Source: Octopus vulgaris (Eukaryota). Taken from it: a DNA stretch of 64,000 nucleotides. Below are positions 24,370 to 38,660 of this stretch, piece by piece. Every line of letters starts with the position of its first letter. Position 1 is the first letter of the stretch. The notes under the pieces are model-generated. The model was not told the DNA's origin and made no database searches. It worked only from the letters and a program-made list of their open reading frames with translations. The translations under genes and the position numbers were made by a program. The DNA lies in assembly GCA_951406725.2 (NCBI GenBank), contig OX597816.1, positions 155,806,001-155,870,000 on the forward strand, read 5' to 3'.

Positions 24370-24763
24370 TACTAACCACATGGTTCCGGGTTCAGTCCCA
24401 CTGCGTGGAACCTTGGGCAAGTGTCTTCTACTATAGTCTCAGGCCGACCAGATCCTTCTGAGTGGAATTGGTAGACGGAAACTAAAAGAAGACCGTCGTA
24501 CATATGTATTATATATATATATGTATGTATGTGTGTGTGTGTGTGTGTGTGTTTGTGTGTCTGTGTTTGTCCCCTCAACATCGCTTGACAACCGATGCTG
24601 GTGTGTTTACATCCCTGTAACTTAGTGGTTCAGTTAAAGCGACTGATAGAATAAGTACTAGTCTTACAAAGAATAAGTCCTGGGGTCGATTTGCTTGACT
24701 AAAGGTGGTGCTCCAGCATGGCCACAGTCTAATGACTGAAACAAGTAAAAGAATGAAAGAGTA
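24370..24763 (+). mobile_element. SINE family A
   Basis: aaccacatggttccgggttcagtcccactgcgtgg..internal microsatellite..tgactgaaacaagtaaaag. Confidence 0.85.
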
Positions 24764-24888
24764 AAGCCCCATCTTCTTGGGACTATAAACGTCAGTAGCA
24801 CTTTATAGGATGCCACACTTAATTGGTAATTATATGTTACAATTGCATATTGCTACTGTTAATATCTCGCTCAGAGATTTAATATAGC

Positions 24889-24941
<53 letters not shown>

Positions 24942-24961
24942 ATATACATGTATATACATAC

Positions 24962-25290
24962 ATGATGGATTCTCTTGTCGAGAACGACAAATGAGGGTTC
25001 AGTAAAATAAAGCGTTTAATCATGTTCTATGGACATAAATATGTCTCTTAGGCCTGCTGGTGCCTTACAAACCTTTTGGCAGAGAGAACAAGTCGAGGGC
25101 CCATTTTGCTTGAGTGCTTGTGGATCATTTACTATATGTTTTCTTGAGTGGATGGCTAGGTCTGCTTTGCTTCTTGCCACAAAACCACAATGACAGGTAA
25201 GGTTTCTATTTAGAGGAGCAGTGTTTTGCCAGCATGCCTTCATGCTTGAACAAAGTTGCTCCCATTGTTGGAGTCGACTCCAACAATGAA
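24962..25290 (-). mobile_element. LINE 3' terminal fragment with C2H2-like zinc fingers
   Basis: CHCGFVARSKADLAIHSRKH..CSLCQKVCKAPAGL followed by a short 3' UTR that ends at a microsatellite. No splice signals or TGEKP linkers seen. Confidence 0.5.
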
Positions 25291-25343
25291 ACAAAAGTAG
25301 AATTATGAAATAAAGTGAGTTCCACTCTCTATTGTCCTTGGTA

Positions 25344-25385
<42 letters not shown>

Positions 25386-25690
25386 ATGATAATATTAGGG
25401 AGTAAATCCAAATTTAGAGGGAAAATTAGATTTAAGATTAAATCAAATTTCACAGTATAAATATAAATTATATTAGAGATAAAACTACTATTAGGCAAAT
25501 CAAACAGTGAAAAACATAAACCAATACATAAAAATAAATATAATTAATATAATATACAAAATATATAAAATTTAAAATTTAAATTATTTAAATTTAGAAT
25601 TTTTAATTTATATTTATAAATTTTTATATTTTTATATATATATATATATATTTTGATTTGCCTAATAGTGGTTTTATCTCTAATATAATT

Positions 25691-25730
<40 letters not shown>

Positions 25731-25899
25731 CCATGCTGCACCACTGAAATCTGCAAGTCTTTTTCACTGTCTTTGTTTATTTTCTCTTATTCCTTTCTGT
25801 TGAAGAGCTTAGGCTTGAAATATAATAGACCTTTTCAGTTTTCCCAAACTAATTCACCTGCTTGTTGTTCATACTCTACATACATACATATAGATGTTG

Positions 25900-26210
25900 G
25901 AGTGTCTTCTACTATAGCCTTGGGCCGACCAAAGCATTGTGAGTGTATTTGGTAGATGGAAACTGAAAGAATCCCATCGTATATATATGTATGTGTGTGT
26001 ATATGTTTGTGTGTCTGTGTTTGTTCCCCCAACATCGCTTGACATCCAATGTTGGCATGTTTACATCCCTGTAACTTAGCAGTTCAGCAAAAGCGACCAA
26101 TAGAATAGGTACTAGGGTTACAAAGAATAAGTCCTGTTGTCAATTTGCTCGACTAAAGGCAGTACTCCAGCATGGCTGCAGTCAAATGACTGAAACAAGT
26201 AAAAGAGTAG
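25900..26210 (+). mobile_element. SINE family A (5'-truncated)
   Basis: Family A body and tail, with CpG decay. Confidence 0.8.
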
Positions 26211-26216
26211 AAGAAC

Positions 26217-26273
<57 letters not shown>

Positions 26274-26855
26274 TAGATAGATAAATAAATGGAGTTAAAT
26301 GCTGGTGTTATTCAAATCTTTATACTTCCGACATATATATATTTATGCACACATATATATTATTATATAATTTTACCAAGTCCAGATTTTGTTGAAGTCA
26401 ATTTTGCCATTCATCCTTTATGGGTTGATAACAATAGGTGTTAGTTGAACACTGGGGTTGATGTAATCAACTTGCCTCCTCCCCTGAATCATCAAACAAG
26501 GATCTGGTTGAACTGGGGCTATAGTAAAAAACAGTTGCCCTAGTTGCATGCCCAAACCATCTGGCTGGGAATAAACCTTCTTAGCCATACAGCCATTCAC
26601 ATATTGGTTTCAAATTTTGATACAAGGCCACCAATTTCTGGGTAGTGGGTAAATCAATTAAATCAATCCCACCAATCAACTGGTACTTATTTTATTAACC
26701 CCAAGGGGATAAATGACAGAATTGACTCCAGCAGAATTTTACCTCAGAATATAAAGACAGATGAAACGCTGTTAGCATTTTGCTCAGCATTCTAACGATT
26801 CTGCCAGCCTGTTGCCTTATCACACAGCCATTCACATATTATTGTAAATAATATA

Positions 26856-27016
26856 GGCATAGGAGTGGCTGTGTGGTAAGTAGCTTGCTTACGAACCACA
26901 TGGTTCTGAGTTCAGTCCCACTGTGTGGCACCTTGGGTAAGTGACTTCTACTATAGCCTAAGGCCAACCAAAGCCTTGTGAGTGGATTTGATAGATGGAA
27001 AATGAAAGAAGCCTGT

Positions 27017-27101
<85 letters not shown>

Positions 27102-27310
27102 ATGTGTTTGTGTGTCTGTGTTTGTCCTCCCAACATCGCTTGACAACTGATGCCGGTGTGTTTACGTCCCTGTAACTTAGCAGTTCAGCAAAAGAGCCTG
27201 ATAGAATAAGTACTAGGCTGACAAAGAATAAGTTCTGGTGTCGATTTGCTCAACTAAATGTGGTGCTCCAGCATGGCCACTGTCAAATAACTGAAACAAG
27301 TAAAAGAGTA
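26856..27310 (+). mobile_element. SINE family A, full length
   Basis: tRNA head, (TA)n core and tail. Confidence 0.85.
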
Positions 27311-27589
27311 AAACAGTAAACAGACATAAGCCATGTCTCATTTTAAACCACTTTATTTCATTATATATTCTCTGTTTTCCATTTTTTTTTTCATCTTTCT
27401 CAGCATTTCATTTTGCAAGTTTTTTAAAATCTTTTTTTAAAATATTTTATTATATATATATTGACACATAAAATCTACACATAATTCACATATAGCATCT
27501 CACAACATGTTTATATTCGACTGGGTCAAATCGCTGAAAGAAATGAAATGTAGAACAAAAATGTCAGAAAAAAAAGAAAAAAAATCAAA

Positions 27590-28305
27590 CAAAATTTGAA
27601 TATAAACATATGCAATTTTACATAGCAGCTAATACGTATATGCGTATGTATATGTATAATTATATATACATATATGTATGCATGTATGCATATATGTATA
27701 TGTATATATGCATACACTTGTGTTTTATACATGTAGACACATGCACACACATTCCCTCAGTACATACAAGATTATACCTGCATATATACATACACAATAT
27801 ACATTATATACACTTACACACACACACACACACATGCATATATATATACATACAGTGTGATTCAGATGACCCATTGACATATTCATGGCGTATAAAATAT
27901 ATTCTTTTCCTTTGTAACACTTTTGTTTTTATATATTATTTAACACTGCCTATGCTGTGTTATATGAAGGATATCACATACTTACATGCATACATACACA
28001 TATTCATGACGCTATGATGAAGCTCTAAAGTGTTACTCAGGAATTCAACTATGAGTCACTGCATCTAATGCTAGAAACAGCTGTAAGCTAATGGAATCCA
28101 TTCATTCCTTTGTCATCTCTGTTTTCTTATTACTGCTCTGTATTCAACTAATGCTTTGTTCAGAAGTATACAGTTATTGAGTTCTACACCAGTTTATTAA
28201 TGGCAAAATTACTATGCGCTACATATACTATATCTATCTATATATCTATCTATATGTATGTGTATATGTATATATATGTGCATATATGTACATAATAATA
28301 TATAT

Positions 28306-28336
<31 letters not shown>

Positions 28337-28352
28337 CACATATATACATACC

Positions 28353-28408
<56 letters not shown>

Positions 28409-28472
28409 CCTACATATAACTATATTATATATATCATCATCATCGTTATATATACATTAAATGTTGATGACC

Positions 28473-28528
<56 letters not shown>

Positions 28529-28600
28529 TACATACATACCTACATATAACTATTTATATATATCATCATCGTCGTTTAAGCGGACATTAAATGATGATGA

Positions 28601-28649
<49 letters not shown>

Positions 28650-28982
28650 TACATATTTATACATATGTATATATATGTAAAAATATAAGTTTAATATAAA
28701 TCATAAAAATGTCATTAGCAAATGGTGATAGGTTATTCACTGTCTTAAATATACTACAACGTTATGATAATTTTGTTAATGTATTCATTTATTGAAATAT
28801 TTAGCACAAGAATTGTAGAGTGGCTGCGACCAAGTATGACAGAAGAACATGTACCATTTTGGTATTCATATTACTTAGCAGTGTAAAGGGTTTGGTGTCT
28901 AGATGGGTGAAGGAGTGCAATTTGTGGTGAAGTAGAAGTAATGATGAAGGATGGGGGAAGAGAAAGTGTTGGGATATATATA

Positions 28983-29064
<82 letters not shown>

Positions 29065-29206
29065 TGACAGAAAGTGATGGGACTCAAATTAAGGAATCCA
29101 AGTGAAGTTGGCCAGTTGGCCATGAGGAACGTTTGAATCACTCTGTATGAATAGATATACATATGCATACATGAGCACACACGCACACATCCAGATATAT
29201 ATTGTA

Positions 29207-29291
<85 letters not shown>

Positions 29292-29805
29292 GTATATATA
29301 TATATGTATATATATATATGTATATATATATGTATATATGTATGTATATGTATATGTATGTATATGTAAGTATGTATATATATATGTATATATATATCTA
29401 TGTGTATATATATATATGTATATATGTACATATATATATACATATATATGTATATAGGTATATATATATATATATATATACATACATACAGACATACATA
29501 TACATATATATATATGGTAAATATGCATTTATATATCTATAAATCTATAAATATATAAATACATATATAACATATCTACATATATTTAGTTACAGGGTTA
29601 TGTATATGCATATGTATATATATATATATATGTACTTAAGTATATGTTTATTGCAATATATATAACCAAACACACATGCAGGTTTACATACATACTATTG
29701 CATACACAGACCAATCTCAAACATACATATACAAAATTATATGTAAACAAAAGCTAACAAGACATATGATTGTACATATTTATACTTTTATACTCATGAA
29801 CAGTT

Positions 29806-29852
<47 letters not shown>

Positions 29853-30145
29853 GTATATACATATGTATATATCTATGTATATATGTATGTATGTATATAT
29901 GTGTGTATGTCTATGTATATATATATGTGTGTATATATAATATATATATATATACACATACACACATTCATATAAACATACATATACATATACACCTATA
30001 CACACACACATATATGCATATACATACATACATATATATATATGTACATATATATATATATAATCATATGCTTTCATGAGTTGGTGTGTGTGTGTGTGTG
30101 TATATGCACACACAGACAGACACACACATATATGTATATATTAAA

Positions 30146-30200
<55 letters not shown>

Positions 30201-30290
30201 TTATATGAAAATATGTTTATATTTGTATATATATATATAAATATGTGTTTATATCTATAACCATCTATCTAACTACATACATATATGTGC

Positions 30291-30353
<63 letters not shown>

Positions 30354-30716
30354 TACATATATAGGGACACATACTTATGCACACATATATTTTAAACTCA
30401 TAAACACATACGCAGACAAGGTGGTGGTAAATACACACTCATACATATACTCCTATAGTAACAGGTATATATATAAATATACATATAAATATATATATAT
30501 AAACATATACGCAGTGGTATGTATATGTGTGTATGTGTGTTTGTGTGTGTGTTTGTGAGTAAACTCATGTATTTCTGTTTTTATGTCTGTATACCATTAG
30601 ATTCATTGTATGCAGGCATTTCCTACATAGTTTATTTCCATATTCATATCTGCTCATGACATCAATCATGACAAGGAATGAATATGGAATATTATATAAA
30701 TATGTGTGTTTGTATG

Positions 30717-30772
<56 letters not shown>

Positions 30773-30896
30773 TATATACATATATATGTATATATATATG
30801 TATATATATTGATATGTATATATAGGTATGTATATATATATATATATACACATATACATATATGTATATATATAAATGTATATATGTATATATGTA

Positions 30897-30928
<32 letters not shown>

Positions 30929-30943
30929 CTATGTATATATATG

Positions 30944-30997
<54 letters not shown>

Positions 30998-31015
30998 TAT
31001 GTATGTATATATGTA

Positions 31016-31054
<39 letters not shown>

Positions 31055-31834
31055 CAGTAAATAAGCCAGCAATAATATGCATTCATTACTGTTCACTGTT
31101 GTTTCCTGTACTTTTCAAGTAGGCAACTACAATTATGTCAAAAGACGAGGAAACATAACAACTCTACTGTATTGAGTCCCATTTTAGATATTTCTGTCTT
31201 CATATATACCTGCATATACATGAGTACCCAAACCAAGATGTAAACACACACACACACAGACACACACACAGACACACACACACACAGACACACACACACA
31301 CACATGCACATACACATATGTATCATATGTATAGTGATAGATAGATAGATATATATATATACACACACATATATATATCTACTAATATATATTACTTAAA
31401 ATATAGAAACCCAATCACACACACAGTCTGCATGCAGAAATATAAACATGGTAATATGTACAAATGCCAATATACACACTTTAATGTATACTGAATAAAT
31501 TTTCATAACATATATACAATTATATGCTTATACTGTATTATTTTTTTATATTTGTTTTCGCATTCTAAAAATAACTGAAATACATTGCTATTTTGTTTCT
31601 TCTAATAACAATAATAATAATCATAATAATTAGTATTATTGTTATTTTCTCTTTTGATATTGTAATATTTTAACTTAATTTTTACAATATATCATTTAAA
31701 AAAAAAAACTACAAATTAAAATGACCTTCGATAACAGTTTGTTCTTTGGCCTCATCTAGAAGTATCTCTGATGCCAGATTTTCCTCAAAAGTGTCTTTAT
31801 GGATATATAATCATCATCGTCATCATCATTTAGC

Positions 31835-31867
<33 letters not shown>

Positions 31868-31978
31868 AGCATGAAAGTATGTGTGTGTATATATAAATGC
31901 ATATATACATATATATATGCATAAACATACATATTTACATATGTATATATTCATGTATATATATATATATGCACATAC

Positions 31979-32034
<56 letters not shown>

Positions 32035-33195
32035 ATGTATATATATACTTATGCAATTTGCTAGCAGAGGTTTTGTGAAAGGGAGAAATTCTCCTGGGGA
32101 TAATGAAATAGAAATTTTCTTTACGTTTTAAATTCATTTGTGTGTGTATATATGTTTACATATGTATATATATATGTATATATATATATATGCATACATA
32201 TATATGTTTATATATATATTTATATAAACACACATACATATATATATATATATGCTTGTGTGTGTGTGTGTATGTATGTATATATATATATATATATATA
32301 TACTTATGTACATAGAGATGCATATAATTGTGTGTGTGTGTAATTTGTATATGAATTTCAGTGTTGTTAAATTATAATAATTATATAGTATTTAATTTTT
32401 TACCAGTATAGTCATGTTACTCATCTTGTTTGTGATAAATGACAACATTTCATTAGCTGTAACCATTAGTTTTTCTCTTGTGCTAAGTTTACCTCTTAAC
32501 ATACTCAGAATTTCAAATCAAGCATAATTTGTTTTTGAATCATGGATGTAGCATGTTCTCATTCCACAATTTTATACTTGTGATGTCTCTTGTTCATTCC
32601 CCTGAAAGAAGAGTGTTTATAGAATCACTGACACAGGAATTGAACTTATGCCTGCCAGGTTAATTATAACACGTAGCAGTTTATTCTTGATAAATGCTTT
32701 CTTACTCTATACTATTGTCTTTAAAAATGGAAATAAGAAACATTAAATGTAACAGTAATGTATGGTTAGAAGGTTTAAAGTTTTTAATTTCCATTGTCTT
32801 ACTGCCATACCAAATGATAGTAGAGTGAATATAAGCATTGGTTATATTTGTTGTTTGCACCTAACTGAGTAGACACGAGTTCAATCCCATGGATTACTGA
32901 ATCTGAATATATACACAAGTGGAAATGAGCAGGCAATTTCACAAGTATAAGTATAACTAATATCAGAACAGCTTTGATATAGACATCTGAATGGGAACAA
33001 CGTTCTTGTCCCCATGCTTTGAATAAAGGGTCTGTTTTGAAATTACAAGAACATTACTAAATATTACAGGCACTAGATGAAAGACTAACAGTACATTGCT
33101 GAAAATGTTGTGCCTATATCAACGAAGATGAAGACACTAGTATATAATAATAATAATAATAATAATAATTATTATTATTATTATAATAACCATAC

Positions 33196-33226
<31 letters not shown>

Positions 33227-33236
33227 TATAAGTATA

Positions 33237-33284
<48 letters not shown>

Positions 33285-33894
33285 TATGAGCATTCTCATG
33301 TATGCTCTTGAATATAAATATGTGCTTGAGTGTTAACAGAGTTACAGCTAGCCAAGTTGAGAGAAAACTCTCTTTCAGGAAGAAGCATCAGTTTATAAAG
33401 ATTTCATGATGGACACTATATTTGTTTCCTTATAGGAAGGAACAGTGAAGAAGAGAACTACTTGTATAGTCCACTTCTTACTTGCTCTGTCTAACTGTAA
33501 CAGAGATGTAATTTGTTTAAAATTCACCTTGAAGTTGTGAGCAACAAATCAAATCATTGAAAAATTTAAATGCATTTTTGTTCAGAGCTTTACACTACGG
33601 AGCCAATATCATCTCCAGAGTTTACTGAAGAAAACCAAGAGGAAGCTTTCAAAGTGTATCCTTCTTCGAATCAGTAGAAGAAAATTTAAACAGGAAATCC
33701 AACAATTGTATGTGTTGTAGTTAAGTAATTACTTTTATTTGTATGTTGGAAACATCCAATTTTTTTTTTTGATATTTTGCCCTTTAATGAGAATCTCCAC
33801 AGGCGTGATCATTATCATCTTGATCAACACCTTTGTCATAATTATGCTCATTATCATTAATTTGTGTGTGAGTATATACATATGTATGTGTGTA

Positions 33895-33950
<56 letters not shown>

Positions 33951-34174
33951 ATATGAATATATATGTGTAGGTGTGTATGTATAGATATGTATATGTGTAT
34001 GTATATATATATTTACATATATGCATACATATATGTATGCGTGTATGTATACTGTGTATGTATATATTATCAATCTCCTTAGCTTTCTAAGTATATTTGT
34101 CCATCTTTCTCTATATATCATGTATATATATTAAAATATGTATACATACATATATACATACATAAATAAATATG

Positions 34175-34228
<54 letters not shown>

Positions 34229-34429
34229 CATACATACATGCATATGTGTGTGTGTTTGTGTGTATGGATGGATGGATGGATAAGTGTCATACATGAAAGC
34301 ATATACTTCAATGTCTGTGTGAACATGAATGGAAGGAACAATATTCTGCAATGAAAAATAGAAAAAATAGAAACCTTAACAGATTTGAGGAATTTCAGAA
34401 CTGTCCAACAACACACTTCTTTCCTCGTT

Positions 34430-34466
<37 letters not shown>

Positions 34467-34491
34467 CATACAATTACATATACATATATAC

Positions 34492-34559
<68 letters not shown>

Positions 34560-34590
34560 GTGTATGTATATATGTATACATATATATTTA

Positions 34591-34621
<31 letters not shown>

Positions 34622-34646
34622 GTACACACACACACACATATATATA

Positions 34647-34685
<39 letters not shown>

Positions 34686-34729
34686 CACATACACATATAT
34701 ATATATACACATATATATATATATGTATA

Positions 34730-34771
<42 letters not shown>

Positions 34772-34892
34772 CACACACACATATATATACATATATATAT
34801 ATGCATGTATATGTATCTATATATGAATATGTAATTGTATGTATATATATATATATGAAATATATATATATATACATATGTATGTATATATA

Positions 34893-34940
<48 letters not shown>

Positions 34941-34945
34941 ATTTG
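27590..34945. repeat. Dense compound (TA)n/(TATG)n/(CA)n microsatellite field
   Basis: Many long interrupted TA/CA/TG arrays. Source of the YI/IY-repeat pseudo-ORFs. Confidence 0.9.
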
Positions 34946-36868
34946 ATTTTCAAATATACATTTGATATTTTAACACCAGGTTTTCTTTGTTCTTCTGTCC
35001 TTCTTTTGTAATAGATTAAATAGGTCTGAACAATTAAAATTGACATGAATGTTTAGTTATCAAAACTGTCATTCATCTACTGGTCTGTGCATAATTATAA
35101 ACCTTTTCTTCTTTATATTAAATCTTTGGAATAATTTTATTCCATGATTTTTACCTAATAATATATTCATCAAGGTAATATGTGAAAAGCAACTAAAATT
35201 TAAGTTAATGTTTTAGCCAAGAAATTTGTGAAGGTATTTTCAAATTCAGCCTGAAGCAATCCACTTTGATTCATTTATGTCTTGAGGAAGTTATGACTGT
35301 CATAACATACAAATTCTCTCCTTTTCTAAAAATTTATGGTTCTTGTGAATAGACAGAACAAGCCAATATCAGGCTTTGATATCTGTTAATCAAAATAAAG
35401 TTTGTTATATTGCTTATTTGTTATTGATGTCCTCTCTTTTATTTTAATAACATGTGAGCATGTTTGTGAGAGATTATGTACTTGTGTATATGTGAATTTC
35501 ATGATTGTATGTTATTTGTAAGTATGTATGCATGTATGCAGATAGGAACTGGGGTATATGTTTATGAAATACAGGGATAACCTTCTTCCAATGAGCCAGT
35601 CTATCTCCAAATCCTTATATTCATAATTTTATATGGACCAGTGTTTAAAATATTGAAAGTATAGCAGCACAGTAATAATGTAACCCAATCTTTCAGGATG
35701 GTCTGAAGCGTAACAATGAGCAAATTTTCCAAATTTAAAACTCATTGACATATATGGAAATATGGTTGTTTTGAACTTGAGCAACATCATAGGGGGAAAG
35801 GATATGTAATCCATGTTCTAAATTGTAATTTAACAGTGTTAACCATTTTTTAACCAAAGTAGTTTGTGATAAATATCATAAAAATATAACCAACAAAGTC
35901 TGGTGAGACTAACAGCTTTATGCTGTCATAAGTCATCAGAATATGAAGCAATCACAGAAATTTGTTGTTCTATTGTGAGGAGAAACATTTGAGCATGTGC
36001 CAACAGTATTTCTAACATTTTGGGTAGAGTCTTTCATTAATAAATGTTTTTAAATATATCGCATGGCACATAGATTTTTGTTTTGCTTTTTTCATTAACA
36101 CTGTACCTCGAACATCACAGGCATATGTGTTGTAAAACCTTTCCTTGGTTATCACATACTGCCTCAATTTGTCATCCATTTCATACTGTCATTTCATTTT
36201 AATAGTAAATCAGCCTCGATCATCATATACTAGCTCTGTTATATTTCCTTTTGTGTGTTGTAAAATTGTGCCTTAGTCATATTTCCTTTCAAACGCTAAG
36301 ACTGAACCTTCGTCATCATATATACTGCCTCTGTTGTAGCAAAACTGTTTCTTCATTGTCATTTATTGCTTCTTCAAGATATTTGCTTTAGTGTAATAAA
36401 TCTATGCCTTTGTCATCACACAGTCCTTAGCCCTCATCCCTCTCACATATATTTCTATTTACAAGTTTCATTGGAAACATACAAGTCTCTATCGATTGGA
36501 AGGGTATAAAGAAATTTTTCTCAAATGATATTCACTTATTATTAGTTTGTCTTTGTTTCATATATATATCTATATTTGTATTTTTGTAAGAACAGTCTTT
36601 CTTTCTTCTATGGCACTGGTTATTTTACTAACTCTCCTACATATAATCCAAGCCTACTGTTTTGAGGTCAGATGGTTTACTTGTAACACATCACTGTTAC
36701 CTGTCTAATGGTAGAACATTCTTGCTAATAAAGTGACAATTATTCTTCTATCTAGGCTAAATGACTGCTCCTCTGGAGCCTGATTATTTTTTATTCTGGT
36801 TATGTGCTAGCCATTTTCGAGTTACTTTTCATCCTTTTATCTAAGACATCAGCCTGTGATTTCTATGT

Positions 36869-36908
<40 letters not shown>

Positions 36909-37525
36909 GGTGTTGTCACTATCAGAGTTTCTTCTTCTATCTGTGACTATCACACCTTTCATTGATTATCTAGGTGCATATTATTTAGGGTGTCACTTCT
37001 TTTCAAGACTGTGGAACATGGTTTGAGGGGTTTTAGCTGCTATTTCTTGTAGATTGCACAATCATAGAACGGCTCTGCCATCCCATTTGCTCATTTGATG
37101 AGCATATTGTTATATTGTCTTAAGGTCTACATTTCAAAAGATGTTGTTCTCATTTTGAAGATGACCTTAACCTTAGATTTGTTAAAAGGGATTTTAATTA
37201 TGTAGTCACTTGACTACACTTTAAAGATAAAGTAAAATTCCCTTATTTATTTACCTGGTCTGTATTCAGAGAAATATTAACAGGTGAGATTATTTGAATT
37301 GACTTGGAAGAACTTAAAAACAAGACCAAACACAACATAATAACAATGTTTAAGTAATAATAACAACAACAACAACAACAATAATAATAATAATCATAAT
37401 AGTAATAATGATAATGATAATAATAATGATATTTTATAGGATGGAGGTAACTCCTCCAATAGGTATACAGAAGCAAAAAAAAAAAAAGAAGATAACAATG
37501 GCACTCTTCTTTTTTTGCTTTTACT

Positions 37526-37564
<39 letters not shown>

Positions 37565-37589
37565 GCAGCAGCAACAATAATAATATTCA

Positions 37590-37782
37590 TAATTATTTCT
37601 AATTTGAGGGGTGGTGGGGCAGTCAGTACAGTCAACCTCAGTATTTGACAAGTATTTTAATTATTGACCCCCAAAGGGATGAAAAGAAAAATTAACCTAA
37701 TCAAGATTTGAACTCAGAATGCAGAGAGTCAGAAGAAATGAATTTTTTCCAACACTTTAATGATTCTGCCAATTTTCCACCC

Positions 37783-37843
<61 letters not shown>

Positions 37844-38083
37844 GCAACAACAACAACAATAACAGTAATAATAGTAATAATAATCCTTTCTACTACTATA
37901 GGCATCAGGCCTGAACATTTTGAGGGGAGGGTGTTAGTCAATTACATCAACCCAAATTGTTCTTACTTTATTGGCCCCCAAAAGGTAAAGTTGAGCTCAG
38001 TGACATTTGAACTCAGAACCTGAAGCCAGAAGAAATGCCAAGCATTTTGTCTGGTGTAGTAACAATGCGGCTAGCTCACTGAC

Positions 38084-38119
<36 letters not shown>

Positions 38120-38660
38120 GCAATAATAATAATGATAATCCTTTCTACTATAGGCACAAGACCTGAAATGTGGGGGAAGGGCATGAATCGATTAGATCAA
38201 CCCTAGTGCGTAACTGGTACTTAATTTATCGACCTTGGTACAAGGCTAGCAATTTTAGGGGAGGGATGAGTCGATTACATTGACCCCCAGTACTTATTTT
38301 ATCAGCTCCAAAAGGATGAAAGGCAAAGTTGACCTCAACAGAATTCTGAACTCAGAACATAAAGACAGACGAAATGCCACTTAGCTTTTCACCCAGTGTG
38401 CTAACGATTCTGCCAGCTCACCAACTTAATGATAATCCTTTCTACTGGAAGCACAAGGCCTCAAATTTTGAGGGAAGGGATTAAGTTGATTACATCGACC
38501 CCAGTATGTAACTGGTACTAATTTTATCGATCCCCGAAAGGATGAAAGGCAATGTCAACTTTAGTGGAATTTGAACTCAAAGCCCTAATAGCAGACTAAA
38601 TACTGCTAAGCATTTCACCCAGCATGTTAACACTTCTGCCAGCTCACCGCCTTAATAGTA
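37590..38660 (-). mobile_element. Cluster of about 5 SINE family B copies separated by (AAC)n/(AAT)n tails
   Basis: Repeated aatcctttctactataggcacaag..gattacatcgacccc..aaggatgaaaggcaaag..gaactcagaa..ctgccagctcac modules. Confidence 0.75.

Noticed and set aside
25016-25294. Possible member of the cephalopod C2H2 zinc-finger gene expansion
   Set aside because: Only two imperfect fingers, no TGEKP linkers, and a retro-like 3' end. Better explained as a LINE C-terminus.
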